NCBI GenBank assembly: GCA_017934745.1
Contig: JAGBIY010000030.1
Span: 2,244 to 66,243 of the forward strand
Direction of reading: 5' to 3'
DNA length: 64,000 bases
Origin: Treponema sp.
GTDB taxonomy: Bacteria; Spirochaetota; Spirochaetia; Treponematales; Treponemataceae
A model generated the notes under the pieces. It worked only from the letters and a program-made list of their open reading frames with translations, ran no database searches and was not told the origin of the DNA. The translations under genes and the position numbers were made by a program. Positions 11,290-18,937 of this stretch are shown piece after piece (within the stretch, counting starts at the first letter, position 1; every line of letters starts with the position of its first letter).

Positions 11290-12150
11290 ATGAAAAAATT
11301 TGGATTGTTTTTCGCACTTTTTTCTTTACTCTCTGTATCAATCGCATGGTCGCAGACCGTGACGCAGGCTACAGTAGACGCAAAACAGGCGGAAGTATCT
11401 AGATTGCAGACAGAATTGCAGAACGCACAGGCCGACGCATATCAGGCTTATGTGCAGAATTCCCCGGATTTGCAACAAAAACAGGCAAAGGTGAACCAGC
11501 TTCAATCAAAGCTCACAAAGGCTCAAGATGAGGCATACAAGGCGATGCAGGCCCTCATGGCTCAGCAACAGGCACAACAGCAGCCACAGCAGCAGCAAGT
11601 AGTAAACAACCAACAGCCTAGTTACAACCAGCAGCAGACACAGCAAAATCAGGGAAGCGGCTCCGATGTCGTCTTCTTTCAGGTGAAGACGCTCCTTGAC
11701 GGGGGATTGTTCAAAAACGAGATGCAAATCGCACAGATGTCGCCGCAACTGAATGCAACCCAAAAGATGATGCTTTTCAACTCATACCAGAAAAGCGCAG
11801 GCGGTCCTTTTGCATTGAACTTTTTCATCGGACTGGGTATCGGTTCGGCCGTTCAGGGAGATTTGGGCGGCTGGGGCTTCCAGTTCGCAACAGAGGGCAT
11901 TGGCTGGATTTTCATTTTGGCAGGAGTCAGCGGAGAGGAAATCAAGCCAGGCGCAATAGGCTTTGGAGCGGTTTTAATGTCGATTGGTCAAATATTCGGC
12001 TGGATCAGGCCTTTTGTATACGCAAACAAATACAACAGGACTCTGCAGAACGCACTCAACGGTGGTTCTCCGATGATGATGTTCTCGTTCGCTCCAGTGG
12101 TCGATCCTGTGAACGAGAAATACGGATTGATGGCGAAACTTCAGATATAG
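11290..12150 (+). CDS. Exported protein with coiled-coil/Gln-rich N-terminus and Borrelia P13-like C-terminal domain
   Basis: Signal peptide; PFALNFFIGLGIGSAVQGD and PFVYANKYNRTLQNALN resemble the P13 porin family as recalled (not searched). Confidence 0.75.
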   Translation: MKKFGLFFALFSLLSVSIAWSQTVTQATVDAKQAEVSRLQTELQNAQADAYQAYVQNSPDLQQKQAKVNQLQSKLTKAQDEAYKAMQALMAQQQAQQQPQQQQVVNNQQPSYNQQQTQQNQGSGSDVVFFQVKTLLDGGLFKNEMQIAQMSPQLNATQKMMLFNSYQKSAGGPFALNFFIGLGIGSAVQGDLGGWGFQFATEGIGWIFILAGVSGEEIKPGAIGFGAVLMSIGQIFGWIRPFVYANKYNRTLQNALNGGSPMMMFSFAPVVDPVNEKYGLMAKLQI

Positions 12151-12166
12151 AAGGCACTAAAAAAAC

Positions 12167-12201
12167 AACTAGGAATCTTCATCTATAGGATTCCTAGTTT
12201 T
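12167..12201 (+). terminator. Intrinsic (probably bidirectional) terminator
   Basis: AACTAGGAATC...GATTCCTAGTT perfect 11-bp stem with flanking A and T runs. Confidence 0.75.
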
Positions 12202-12214
12202 CGCACAAGAACAG

Positions 12215-12238
12215 TGATGCTCCACTAAAAGTGGACAC
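12215..12238 (+). mobile_element. Possible solo IS3-family terminal inverted repeat remnant
   Basis: TGATGCTCCACTAAAAGTGGACAC resembles recalled IS3-type ends (TGAT...AGTGGACAC). No partner end or transposase in the window. Confidence 0.3.
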
Positions 12239-12259
12239 TAACAGGTAAGGAACAAAATC

Positions 12260-12595
12260 ATGAAAAAGAAAATAACAAGCGTAATTCCAATCATTATAGT
12301 TATATTTTGTATTTCGCTTTCGTCCTGCAGTGTTTTTCAAAAGGATTCCACATGGACATTCGAGCATTCCGCCTCAGGAATCGATAGCATCGATGTAACA
12401 ATAAAAAATGGAGGTTCTCCCTCATCGTTCACTCTTTATTATGGTCAAAGTCAGTCAGTAACATGGGAAGGCGAAGGCGAAGATTACTTTGGCGGAGCAG
12501 AATATACAGGACACTGGACGAAATCGTATGTTTCAGGTTTTCATTCAACAAGATACGACAGCCTAAAAGAAATCGTTTTTTACACAGATTTCTAA
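12260..12595 (+). CDS. Small lipoprotein
   Basis: MKKKITSVIPIIIVIFCISLSSC signal with lipobox; AAGGA RBS; AT-rich. Confidence 0.75.
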   Translation: MKKKITSVIPIIIVIFCISLSSCSVFQKDSTWTFEHSASGIDSIDVTIKNGGSPSSFTLYYGQSQSVTWEGEGEDYFGGAEYTGHWTKSYVSGFHSTRYDSLKEIVFYTDF

Positions 12596-12635
12596 ACTTG
12601 TTCGAAAAACGATTAAAATTAAATTTTTAGAAAGC

Positions 12636-12684
12636 AAATAAAAAGACTTGAATATGTTTTATCGCTATTCAAGTCTTTTTATTT
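12636..12684. terminator. Bidirectional terminator (19-bp perfect inverted repeat)
   Basis: AAATAAAAAGACTTGAATA...TATTCAAGTCTTTTTATTT. Confidence 0.75.
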
Positions 12685-12776
12685 GGAAATGAGTTTTTTA
12701 TGCACCAGCTTCACTTTTTCCAGTCTTCAAACAATCTGGATTCCGTGCTATTTTTTCATCGAAAGGAACACAAAAA

Positions 12777-12962
12777 ATGGCAAACGGAAAAGAAGATTTG
12801 GAAGAGAAGAACAAAGACAAAATCGACATGGCGAAGGATTCTTCAAAAATAATCCAATGGGCAAACTTCCAAGGACGGGAGGACTGCGAAATGCTGCAGG
12901 AAAAATCACGCGGCTGGTCGGCAACGAAAAGCAGCCGTGGGGATTATGACGACGAAGACTAA
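12777..12962 (+). CDS. 61-aa microprotein, copy 1
   Basis: AAGGA RBS; paralog at 15292..15477 differs at 12 synonymous and 4 non-synonymous codons. Confidence 0.75.
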   Translation: MANGKEDLEEKNKDKIDMAKDSSKIIQWANFQGREDCEMLQEKSRGWSATKSSRGDYDDED

Positions 12963-12977
12963 AAAATGCGGTGCCGC

Positions 12978-13047
12978 TAAAAATAAATTTCATTGAATCT
13001 CTCTGTGTTTAAGTTATACTTTAACGAAGGTGAAATGAAGCTAAAAA
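12978..13047 (+). promoter_or_regulatory. Duplicated sigma70 promoter/leader, copy 2
   Basis: Direct repeat of 11184..11252. Confidence 0.7.
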
Positions 13048-13088
13048 ACACATCAAATCCCAAATAGTTTCATTTCAAGGAGAAGAAC

Positions 13089-13611
13089 ATGAAAGCATCA
13101 AGAAAACTCTATGCATTGGCAATGGGAGCTTTGTCGATTGCGTTTTTTTGGTTGCCAGACCCAGAAATTCGAATCCACGACAAACGAAATCACAGCTCAG
13201 AAACTTGCGATTAACACATTCATCGACAAAAGCGAGTATGATGTAATCGGAACTGCTGTCGGAACTTCCGAATTCATATTGCCATATGAAACTTCATCAC
13301 AGACATATCCAGGTGACAGTGGCAAGTACGGCTATGTATACGACTCTGAAGAGGCTTTTGTCGGCGACAAGATTTATGTAGGAACAGGAAGAAAGCAAAG
13401 AGCATCAAATCCTTACGAAGCCGGGAACCTTACAATCGCCAGATTGAATGCGCAATACGATTTGATTCAGTCTGCATACGACATGGGAGGAGACACTATC
13501 ATCGAGCCTACATATTCGATTGAAACAAAGGCGGAGGGGTCAGGCTCAAGCAGAAAAGTCCAGTACAAAGTGACGGTCAGGGCTAAAGTAATCCAACTCA
13601 AGATAAAATAA
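13089..13611 (+). pseudogene. Lipoprotein (possible YbjQ/UPF0145-like fold) frameshifted in a T7 tract inside the signal peptide
   Basis: AAGGAG RBS and ATG at 13089 give MKASRKLYALAMGALSIAFF. Removing one T from 13143..13149 joins the downstream frame as ...AFFGCQTQK (lipobox) and continues to the stop at 13611. Confidence 0.75.
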
Positions 13612-13623
13612 ATGGAGCTGCAG

Positions 13624-14328
13624 ATGAAAAAGATTTTTCTTTCGTTTTTGCTCTTTTTGTTGATGATACCGGCTTTTTCACTCGGCTTCGAATTCGATTT
13701 TTTTTCAGGGACAGGATTCACAGCTGGCTTCACGACAGCAAGTGAAGTTTTCAACCGTTCTTGGGGAATTTGGTTTGACTCTCGCGATGTCGAGTACGAA
13801 TACGAATACGAAAGCTACAACGGTTCCTACTATTCAACAAAAAAAGCGACATACTCGGACACAAGAAAGACAGTCGGTCCGTACATGCAGTTCGACTGGT
13901 CCGTGTTGCCGTTCGACATCAATGGAATCGCGAAGGTTGGATTCAACTGGGGATTCAAGGTCGCGGCAGGCTACGTTTCTTCCGAAAACGACATTGTTGA
14001 CGCTCCATTCGACATGATTTGGGCACCGATGATTTCGGCGATGGGACGCTGGAGGGATTTGGACATCACTCTCGGCTGGAAGGGTGCGTTTCACCTTGCC
14101 GACTACATTGCCGGAAACAAAAGGGATGATGACGATGAACTTCAGAAAGGCGGCTGGGTCAACTCATTCCAGATAGGGGTGAAATATGTACTCGGCGGCA
14201 GGCACAGCAGTTCAGACTCAAGTTCCGAAAGTTCAGCGGATTCATCATCGGCAAAATCTGGAAGCCAAGACACCTACAACAGAAGAACATCGATAATAAG
14301 CGGCTCTGGAATGAGACGGGCAAAATAA
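13624..14328 (+). CDS. Putative outer-membrane beta-barrel protein with Ser-rich tail
   Basis: MKKIFLSFLLFLLMIPAFS signal; aromatic-rich alternating strands (LGFEFDFF, SFQIGVKYVLG); GGAG RBS. Confidence 0.65.
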   Translation: MKKIFLSFLLFLLMIPAFSLGFEFDFFSGTGFTAGFTTASEVFNRSWGIWFDSRDVEYEYEYESYNGSYYSTKKATYSDTRKTVGPYMQFDWSVLPFDINGIAKVGFNWGFKVAAGYVSSENDIVDAPFDMIWAPMISAMGRWRDLDITLGWKGAFHLADYIAGNKRDDDDELQKGGWVNSFQIGVKYVLGGRHSSSDSSSESSADSSSAKSGSQDTYNRRTSIISGSGMRRAK

Positions 14329-14332
14329 AAAT

Positions 14333-14392
14333 CCATTTTGAAAAACAAGAAAAACTCCTTATCATGGAATCAGTTTGATAAGGAGTTTTTTC
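14333..14392 (+). repeat. Terminator-forming direct repeat X1 (33 bp identical to 15152..15184)
   Basis: CCATTTTGAAAAACAAGAAAAACTCCTTATCAT, then the complementary arm ATAAGGAGTTTTTT. Confidence 0.85.
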
Positions 14393-14416
14393 AAAGTTTC
14401 CACACTCGACCATTTT

Positions 14417-14445
14417 ACGGATTCATCGAGTGAATCCGTTTTTTT
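14417..14445 (+). terminator. Second intrinsic terminator before the TA promoter
   Basis: ACGGATTCA-TCGAG-TGAATCCGT plus T6. Confidence 0.75.
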
Positions 14446-14448
14446 ATG

Positions 14449-14478
14449 TTGACATATATTCACTTTGATTCATATAGT
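14449..14478 (+). promoter_or_regulatory. Sigma70 promoter of the TA operon (probably leaderless)
   Basis: TTGACA-N18-TATAGT with ATG 5 nt downstream and no SD. Confidence 0.65.
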
Positions 14479-14483
14479 AAACT

Positions 14484-14864
14484 ATGTGGAATGTTGAATC
14501 ATCAGATAAGTTTGATGCTTGGTTTCTGACATTGGACGATGAAAGCAAAGAAGCAATATTGCAGAGAGTACTCTTGCTAAAACAATTTGGTCCAAATCTT
14601 CCACGTCCATATTCAGATGTTCTTCACGGTTCAAAAAAACTTAAAAACCTTAAAGAACTTAGGAATCAGACTCAGCAGCATGTTTTGAGAGTTGCCTATT
14701 ACTTTGATTCCAAAAGAAATGCCTTTCTGCTTACAGGCGGAGACAAGAAAGGAAAAGACCAAGATAAGTTTTACAAGGATTTGATAGCAGAATCAGAAAT
14801 AATTGTAGAAAACCATGAAAAGGAGTTGGAAGATGAAGAATGCAATAAAAATGATGGAAAGTAA
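14484..14864 (+). CDS. Type II TA toxin, RelE/HigB (Gp49-like) family
   Basis: FDAWFLTL...LKQFGPNLPRPYSDVLHGS...LKELR...RVAYYFD..RNAFLLTGGDKKG. Confidence 0.9.
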   Translation: MWNVESSDKFDAWFLTLDDESKEAILQRVLLLKQFGPNLPRPYSDVLHGSKKLKNLKELRNQTQQHVLRVAYYFDSKRNAFLLTGGDKKGKDQDKFYKDLIAESEIIVENHEKELEDEECNKNDGK

Positions 14865-15138
14865 CATGTCACAAGAATCAGTTCGCCGCGCACACATAAA
14901 AGCCGAACAAGATATTATGACAATCCGACTTGCGCAACTCCGTGAAGAGCAGAATGTAAAGCAGTCGGAAATGACTAATTTCTCACAATCATCTGTTTCA
15001 AAAATTGAAAAAAGGACAGATATAAAGATTTCGACATTGATAGACTATCTTGACAGTCTTGGAATGGGATTAGAGATTATCACCTATCCAAAAACGGCAA
15101 ATTCAAAAAAACAAGAAAAGGTTTTGCTGAAAATATAA
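14833..15138 (+). CDS. HigA-like XRE HTH antitoxin
   Basis: LAQLREEQNVKQSEM...SQSSVSKIEKRTDIKISTLIDYLDSLGMGLEI; overlaps the toxin end; GGAG RBS before ATG 14833. Confidence 0.88.
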   Translation: MKNAIKMMESNMSQESVRRAHIKAEQDIMTIRLAQLREEQNVKQSEMTNFSQSSVSKIEKRTDIKISTLIDYLDSLGMGLEIITYPKTANSKKQEKVLLKI

Positions 15139-15151
15139 AACCATACTCCAA

Positions 15152-15219
15152 CCATTTTGAAAAACAAGAAAAACTCCTTATCATTAGACGTGTTCTATCG
15201 ACAAGGAGTTTTTTCATGC
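15152..15219 (+). repeat. Terminator-forming direct repeat X2
   Basis: First 33 bp identical to 14333..14365; last 23 bp (15197..15219) identical to 15505..15527. Confidence 0.85.
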
Positions 15220-15291
15220 CCATGCTCACTTTTTCCAGTCTTCAAACAATCTGGATTCCGTGCTATTTTTTCATCGAAAGGAACACAAAAA

Positions 15292-15477
15292 ATGGCAAAC
15301 GGAAAAGAAGATTTGGAAGAAAAGAACAAGGACAAAATCGACATTTCAAAAGATTCTTCAAAGATAATCCAATGGGCGAGCTTCCAAGGCCGGGAAGACT
15401 GCGAAATGCTGCAGGAAAAATCACGCGGCTGGTCGGCGGTGAAAAGCAGCCGGGGTGACTACGACGACGAAGACTAG
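15292..15477 (+). CDS. 61-aa microprotein, copy 2
   Basis: Paralog of 12777..12962; the upstream 66 bp are identical between copies. Confidence 0.75.
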   Translation: MANGKEDLEEKNKDKIDISKDSSKIIQWASFQGREDCEMLQEKSRGWSAVKSSRGDYDDED

Positions 15478-15504
15478 AAAACACGAAGATGCATAGCAAA
15501 GCCC

Positions 15505-15527
15505 ATCGACAAGGAGTTTTTTCATGC
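15505..15527 (+). repeat. 23-bp repeat X3 containing the uvrB RBS and start codon
   Basis: ATCGACAAGGAGTTTTTTCATGC, identical to 15197..15219. Confidence 0.85.
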
Positions 15528-17521
15528 GCAGATTTCAGGTAGTTTCGCCGTATGAACCGAGCGGCGACCAGGGGCAGGCAATCGACAAGCTTTCCGAGGG
15601 ATTCTTGAGGGGAGACAGGTTCCAGACGCTCAAGGGCGTGACGGGTTCGGGGAAGACGTTCACGATGGCGAAAATCATAGAGAAGGTGCAGCGCCCCACA
15701 CTCATCATATCGCACAACAAGACGCTCTCGGCGCAGCTCTACAGGGAATTCAAGAGCTTCTTCCCGAACAACGCGGTCGAATACTTCGTCTCATACTACG
15801 ACTACTACCAGCCGGAGGCCTACGTCCCGGCGCGAGACCTCTACATCGAAAAGGACGCGGCGACGAACAAGGAAATCGACGCGCTCAGGCTCAAGGCGAC
15901 CTACTCGCTAATGGAAAGGCGGGACGTGATTGTCGTCGCCACGGTATCGTGCATCTACGGACTTGGAATGCCGGACCTCTACAAGGAAATGCGCGTTCAC
16001 ATAGAGAAGGGAGAGCTTTTCGACACGAAGAAATTCGAGCTGCAGATGGCGCAGATTCAATACCAGAGAAACGACATGGTTCTGGAACGCGGGAATTTCC
16101 GTGTGAGGGGGGACGTAATCGAGGTTTTTCCGCCATACATGGAAACGGACACGGCATACAGAATCGAGCTTGACTTCGACGAGATAGCGAAAATCAAAAG
16201 GTTCAACGTCATAACGAGGGAAACGGAGGAGGAACTCGACGAAATGCAGTTCTATCCGGCGAAGCACTTCGTCGTCCCGCAGGAGAAGCTTGTCGAATCC
16301 ACAGAGAAAATCATGGAGGAGATGGAAAGGCAGGTGGAATTCTTCCAGTCGCAGGGGAAAATGCTTGAAGCGGAGAGGATAAAGACCAGGACGACGCTGG
16401 ACGTGGAGATGATGAAGGAGATGGGCTACTGTTCAGGAATCGAGAACTACTCAGGCCCGATTTCAGGACGCAAAAGAGGAGAGCCTCCTGCCACACTGCT
16501 CCACTATTTTCCCGACGACTTTCTCTGCATGATTGACGAGGCGCACGTCTCGGTGCCGCAAATCGGAGCGATGTACGAGGGCGACAGGAGCCGCAAGCAG
16601 AACCTTGTGGACTTCGGATTCAGGCTTCCGAGCGCGCTCGACAACAGGCCGCTCAAAGCCGAGGAATTCTGGAAGAAAATCAACCAGGTCATCTATGTGA
16701 CGGCGACACCGCGCGAGCAGGAAATCAAGCAGTCCACGCAGGTCGTCGAGCAGATAATCCGCCCGACGGGACTTTTGGACCCGATAATCGACGTGAGGCC
16801 GAGCGAAGGGCAGATGCAGGACATCTACCGGGAAGTCAAGGAGCGAATCGACAAAAAAGAGAGGAGCCTGATTCTGACGCTGACGAAAAAGATGGCGGAG
16901 GATTTGACGGAATATCTTCTCGGTCTGAACCTGAAAGTCCGCTACATCCACTCGGAAATCGACACGTTCGAGCGTGTTGAAATTCTCAAGAGCCTCAGGA
17001 CAGGTGAAATAGACGTTCTCATCGGAATCAACCTTCTGAGGGAGGGAATCGACCTTCCGGAAGTGAGCTTCATCGCGATTCTGGACGCGGACAAAATCGG
17101 ATTCCTGCGCTCGACGACGAGCCTTATTCAGATAATCGGGCGCGCGGCAAGGAACGAGAACGGCAAGGTCGTCATGTACGCCGACGTGATGTCGCCAGCC
17201 ATAAAGGAGGCGGTCGCCGAGACAAAAAGAAGGCGCGAAATCCAGCAGAAATACAACGAGGAGCACGGAATCACGCCCCACACGGTGTCGAAGGCCGTAC
17301 AGGACATACTCGAACGCCAGCAGAAGGACGCGGACGAGAATGCGGAAGTGGAGCTTTCCGTCCTCAAAAAACCCGCGAACCTTTTCGACGCGAAACAGCG
17401 CAGAAAACTCATCGAGGCCCTCAAAAAGGAGATGGGCGAATGCGCCGACCGGCTTGAGTACGAGCAGGCGGCGGCGATACGCGACCAGATAAACGAAATC
17501 GTGGCGACCTACGGGAAGTAA
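15524..17521 (+). CDS. uvrB: Excinuclease ABC subunit B
   Basis: GVTGSGKT, YYDYYQPEAY, MIDEAH, ATP, QIIRPTG, QIIGRAARN and C-terminal UVR domain. Confidence 0.98.
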   Translation: MRRFQVVSPYEPSGDQGQAIDKLSEGFLRGDRFQTLKGVTGSGKTFTMAKIIEKVQRPTLIISHNKTLSAQLYREFKSFFPNNAVEYFVSYYDYYQPEAYVPARDLYIEKDAATNKEIDALRLKATYSLMERRDVIVVATVSCIYGLGMPDLYKEMRVHIEKGELFDTKKFELQMAQIQYQRNDMVLERGNFRVRGDVIEVFPPYMETDTAYRIELDFDEIAKIKRFNVITRETEEELDEMQFYPAKHFVVPQEKLVESTEKIMEEMERQVEFFQSQGKMLEAERIKTRTTLDVEMMKEMGYCSGIENYSGPISGRKRGEPPATLLHYFPDDFLCMIDEAHVSVPQIGAMYEGDRSRKQNLVDFGFRLPSALDNRPLKAEEFWKKINQVIYVTATPREQEIKQSTQVVEQIIRPTGLLDPIIDVRPSEGQMQDIYREVKERIDKKERSLILTLTKKMAEDLTEYLLGLNLKVRYIHSEIDTFERVEILKSLRTGEIDVLIGINLLREGIDLPEVSFIAILDADKIGFLRSTTSLIQIIGRAARNENGKVVMYADVMSPAIKEAVAETKRRREIQQKYNEEHGITPHTVSKAVQDILERQQKDADENAEVELSVLKKPANLFDAKQRRKLIEALKKEMGECADRLEYEQAAAIRDQINEIVATYGK

Positions 17522-18220
17522 TCAGCGGGATGAAGTCCCTTTATCCCCCTCTCCGCCACCGTTTCCGCGCGTGAGCAGGTAGAAGAACGGGGTGTCGACG
17601 GTCGCGAGGAGAAATTTGAAGACGTACTGCCCAATCATCATCGAAAGGAGCGGAATGCGCATGTTCTCGTCGAAGAACCAGCCGAAGCCAAGCCCGAACG
17701 CGATGCCGATGAAGACGACAGTGTCGATGACCTGGCTCGTCATCGTGGACGCGTTGTTCCAAATCCACCGGTTCTTGGTCGAGCCGCTTTTTGCGATGAT
17801 TCTGTCCCTGATTCTGTGGAAAATCCACACATCCCAAAGCTGAGCCGAGACGTATCCGACAAGGCTCGCCATGACGAAAAGCCAGTTCTGGCCGAGCAGC
17901 ATGTCGTAGGCGGACTGCATCTCGGCGTTCGCGGCGGGCAGATTCTGGGTGAGGACAATCAGAAGGGTCGCGAAGACCTGGCCGGCAAGCCCGAACAGGA
18001 CAGTCCTGTTCGCTTCCTTCTTCCCCCAAATCTCGCCGATTACGTCGGTCATCAAGAACGTTATCGCATAGCAGACTCCGGCTCCCGGAAGTGTCACGAC
18101 ACAGCCATCGAATACGCTCACGCCGGTGTAGATGAGTTTTCCAGTGACGACATTGGAAATCACGAGGGAAACGACAAATAGTATGTTGCACAAAGTCAAA
18201 TTGCTTTCGTTTTTTTTCAT
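17522..18220 (-). CDS. yhhQ: Queuosine precursor transporter (YhhQ/VUT family)
   Basis: ISNVVTGK, YAITFLMTDVIGEIWG, SQVIDTVVF, DTPFFY; located in the que operon. Confidence 0.9.
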   Translation of the reverse strand: MKKNESNLTLCNILFVVSLVISNVVTGKLIYTGVSVFDGCVVTLPGAGVCYAITFLMTDVIGEIWGKKEANRTVLFGLAGQVFATLLIVLTQNLPAANAEMQSAYDMLLGQNWLFVMASLVGYVSAQLWDVWIFHRIRDRIIAKSGSTKNRWIWNNASTMTSQVIDTVVFIGIAFGLGFGWFFDENMRIPLLSMMIGQYVFKFLLATVDTPFFYLLTRGNGGGEGDKGTSSR

Positions 18221-18927
18221 TTTTCTTCTCCATTTTTGAAAAGCGCGGGGTCTTCCACACCGTTCGCTGCGAACGCCGCCGCCCTGTCGATGCACGTCCC
18301 GCACTTTCCGCACGGAACTCTTCCGCCGCCGTAGCAGCTCCATGTGAGGTGGTACGGCGTCTTCAATGCAAGCCCGGCCTTAACCACGGCGGCCTTGTTC
18401 ATCGAGCAGAACGGCGCGACGACACTCACTTTTCCGTATGTGCCGATTGAGACCGCGGAAGAGATTGCGGAGACGAATTCCTCGGAGCAGTCTGCGTAGG
18501 CGTTCCCGGCAGAATCGTCGGAATGCGCTCCGAAAATGATGTCCGTCTCGTCGTCGGCGAATATGCTCTGGGCGAGGCTCGCGCATACGCTGAGCATGAG
18601 TCCGTTTCTGAACGGTACATACGTCGAGACTTTTCCGTCCGCGTCCCTGGACTTCTGCTCGGAATAGCTTCCTGACTCGATTTCCTTGGACGACGACGAC
18701 AAAAGAGAACAGTCCGAGTACTTCATGACAGACGAAAGGTCGAACTCGTAATGGGGAAGAGAATAGAACTCAGCGACCGCGCGGGCGCACTCAAGTTCTT
18801 TAGAATGCTTCTGGCCATAGAAGACGGACACGGTGGCGACATTCTCCTTTCCATAGTCGCGCACGGCAATGGAAACGCATGTCGAAGAATCGACACCGCC
18901 CGATGAGAGAACAATAGCTTTTTTCAT
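18217..18927 (-). CDS. queC: 7-cyano-7-deazaguanine synthase
   Basis: LSSGGVDS, YGQKH, YVPFRN, TWSCY, CGKCGTC. Confidence 0.96.
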   Translation of the reverse strand: MKKAIVLSSGGVDSSTCVSIAVRDYGKENVATVSVFYGQKHSKELECARAVAEFYSLPHYEFDLSSVMKYSDCSLLSSSSKEIESGSYSEQKSRDADGKVSTYVPFRNGLMLSVCASLAQSIFADDETDIIFGAHSDDSAGNAYADCSEEFVSAISSAVSIGTYGKVSVVAPFCSMNKAAVVKAGLALKTPYHLTWSCYGGGRVPCGKCGTCIDRAAAFAANGVEDPALFKNGEEK

Positions 18928-18937
18928 GATTTTCCGC

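Noticed and set aside
11560-11650. CAG/CAA-rich tract as a contingency repeat
   Set aside because: The codons are mixed and interrupted and stay in frame; it is an ordinary low-complexity linker.
10814-15527. Integron interpretation of the accessory array
   Set aside because: No tyrosine recombinase, and no convincing RYYYAAC...GTTRRRY attC pairs; modules carry their own promoters.
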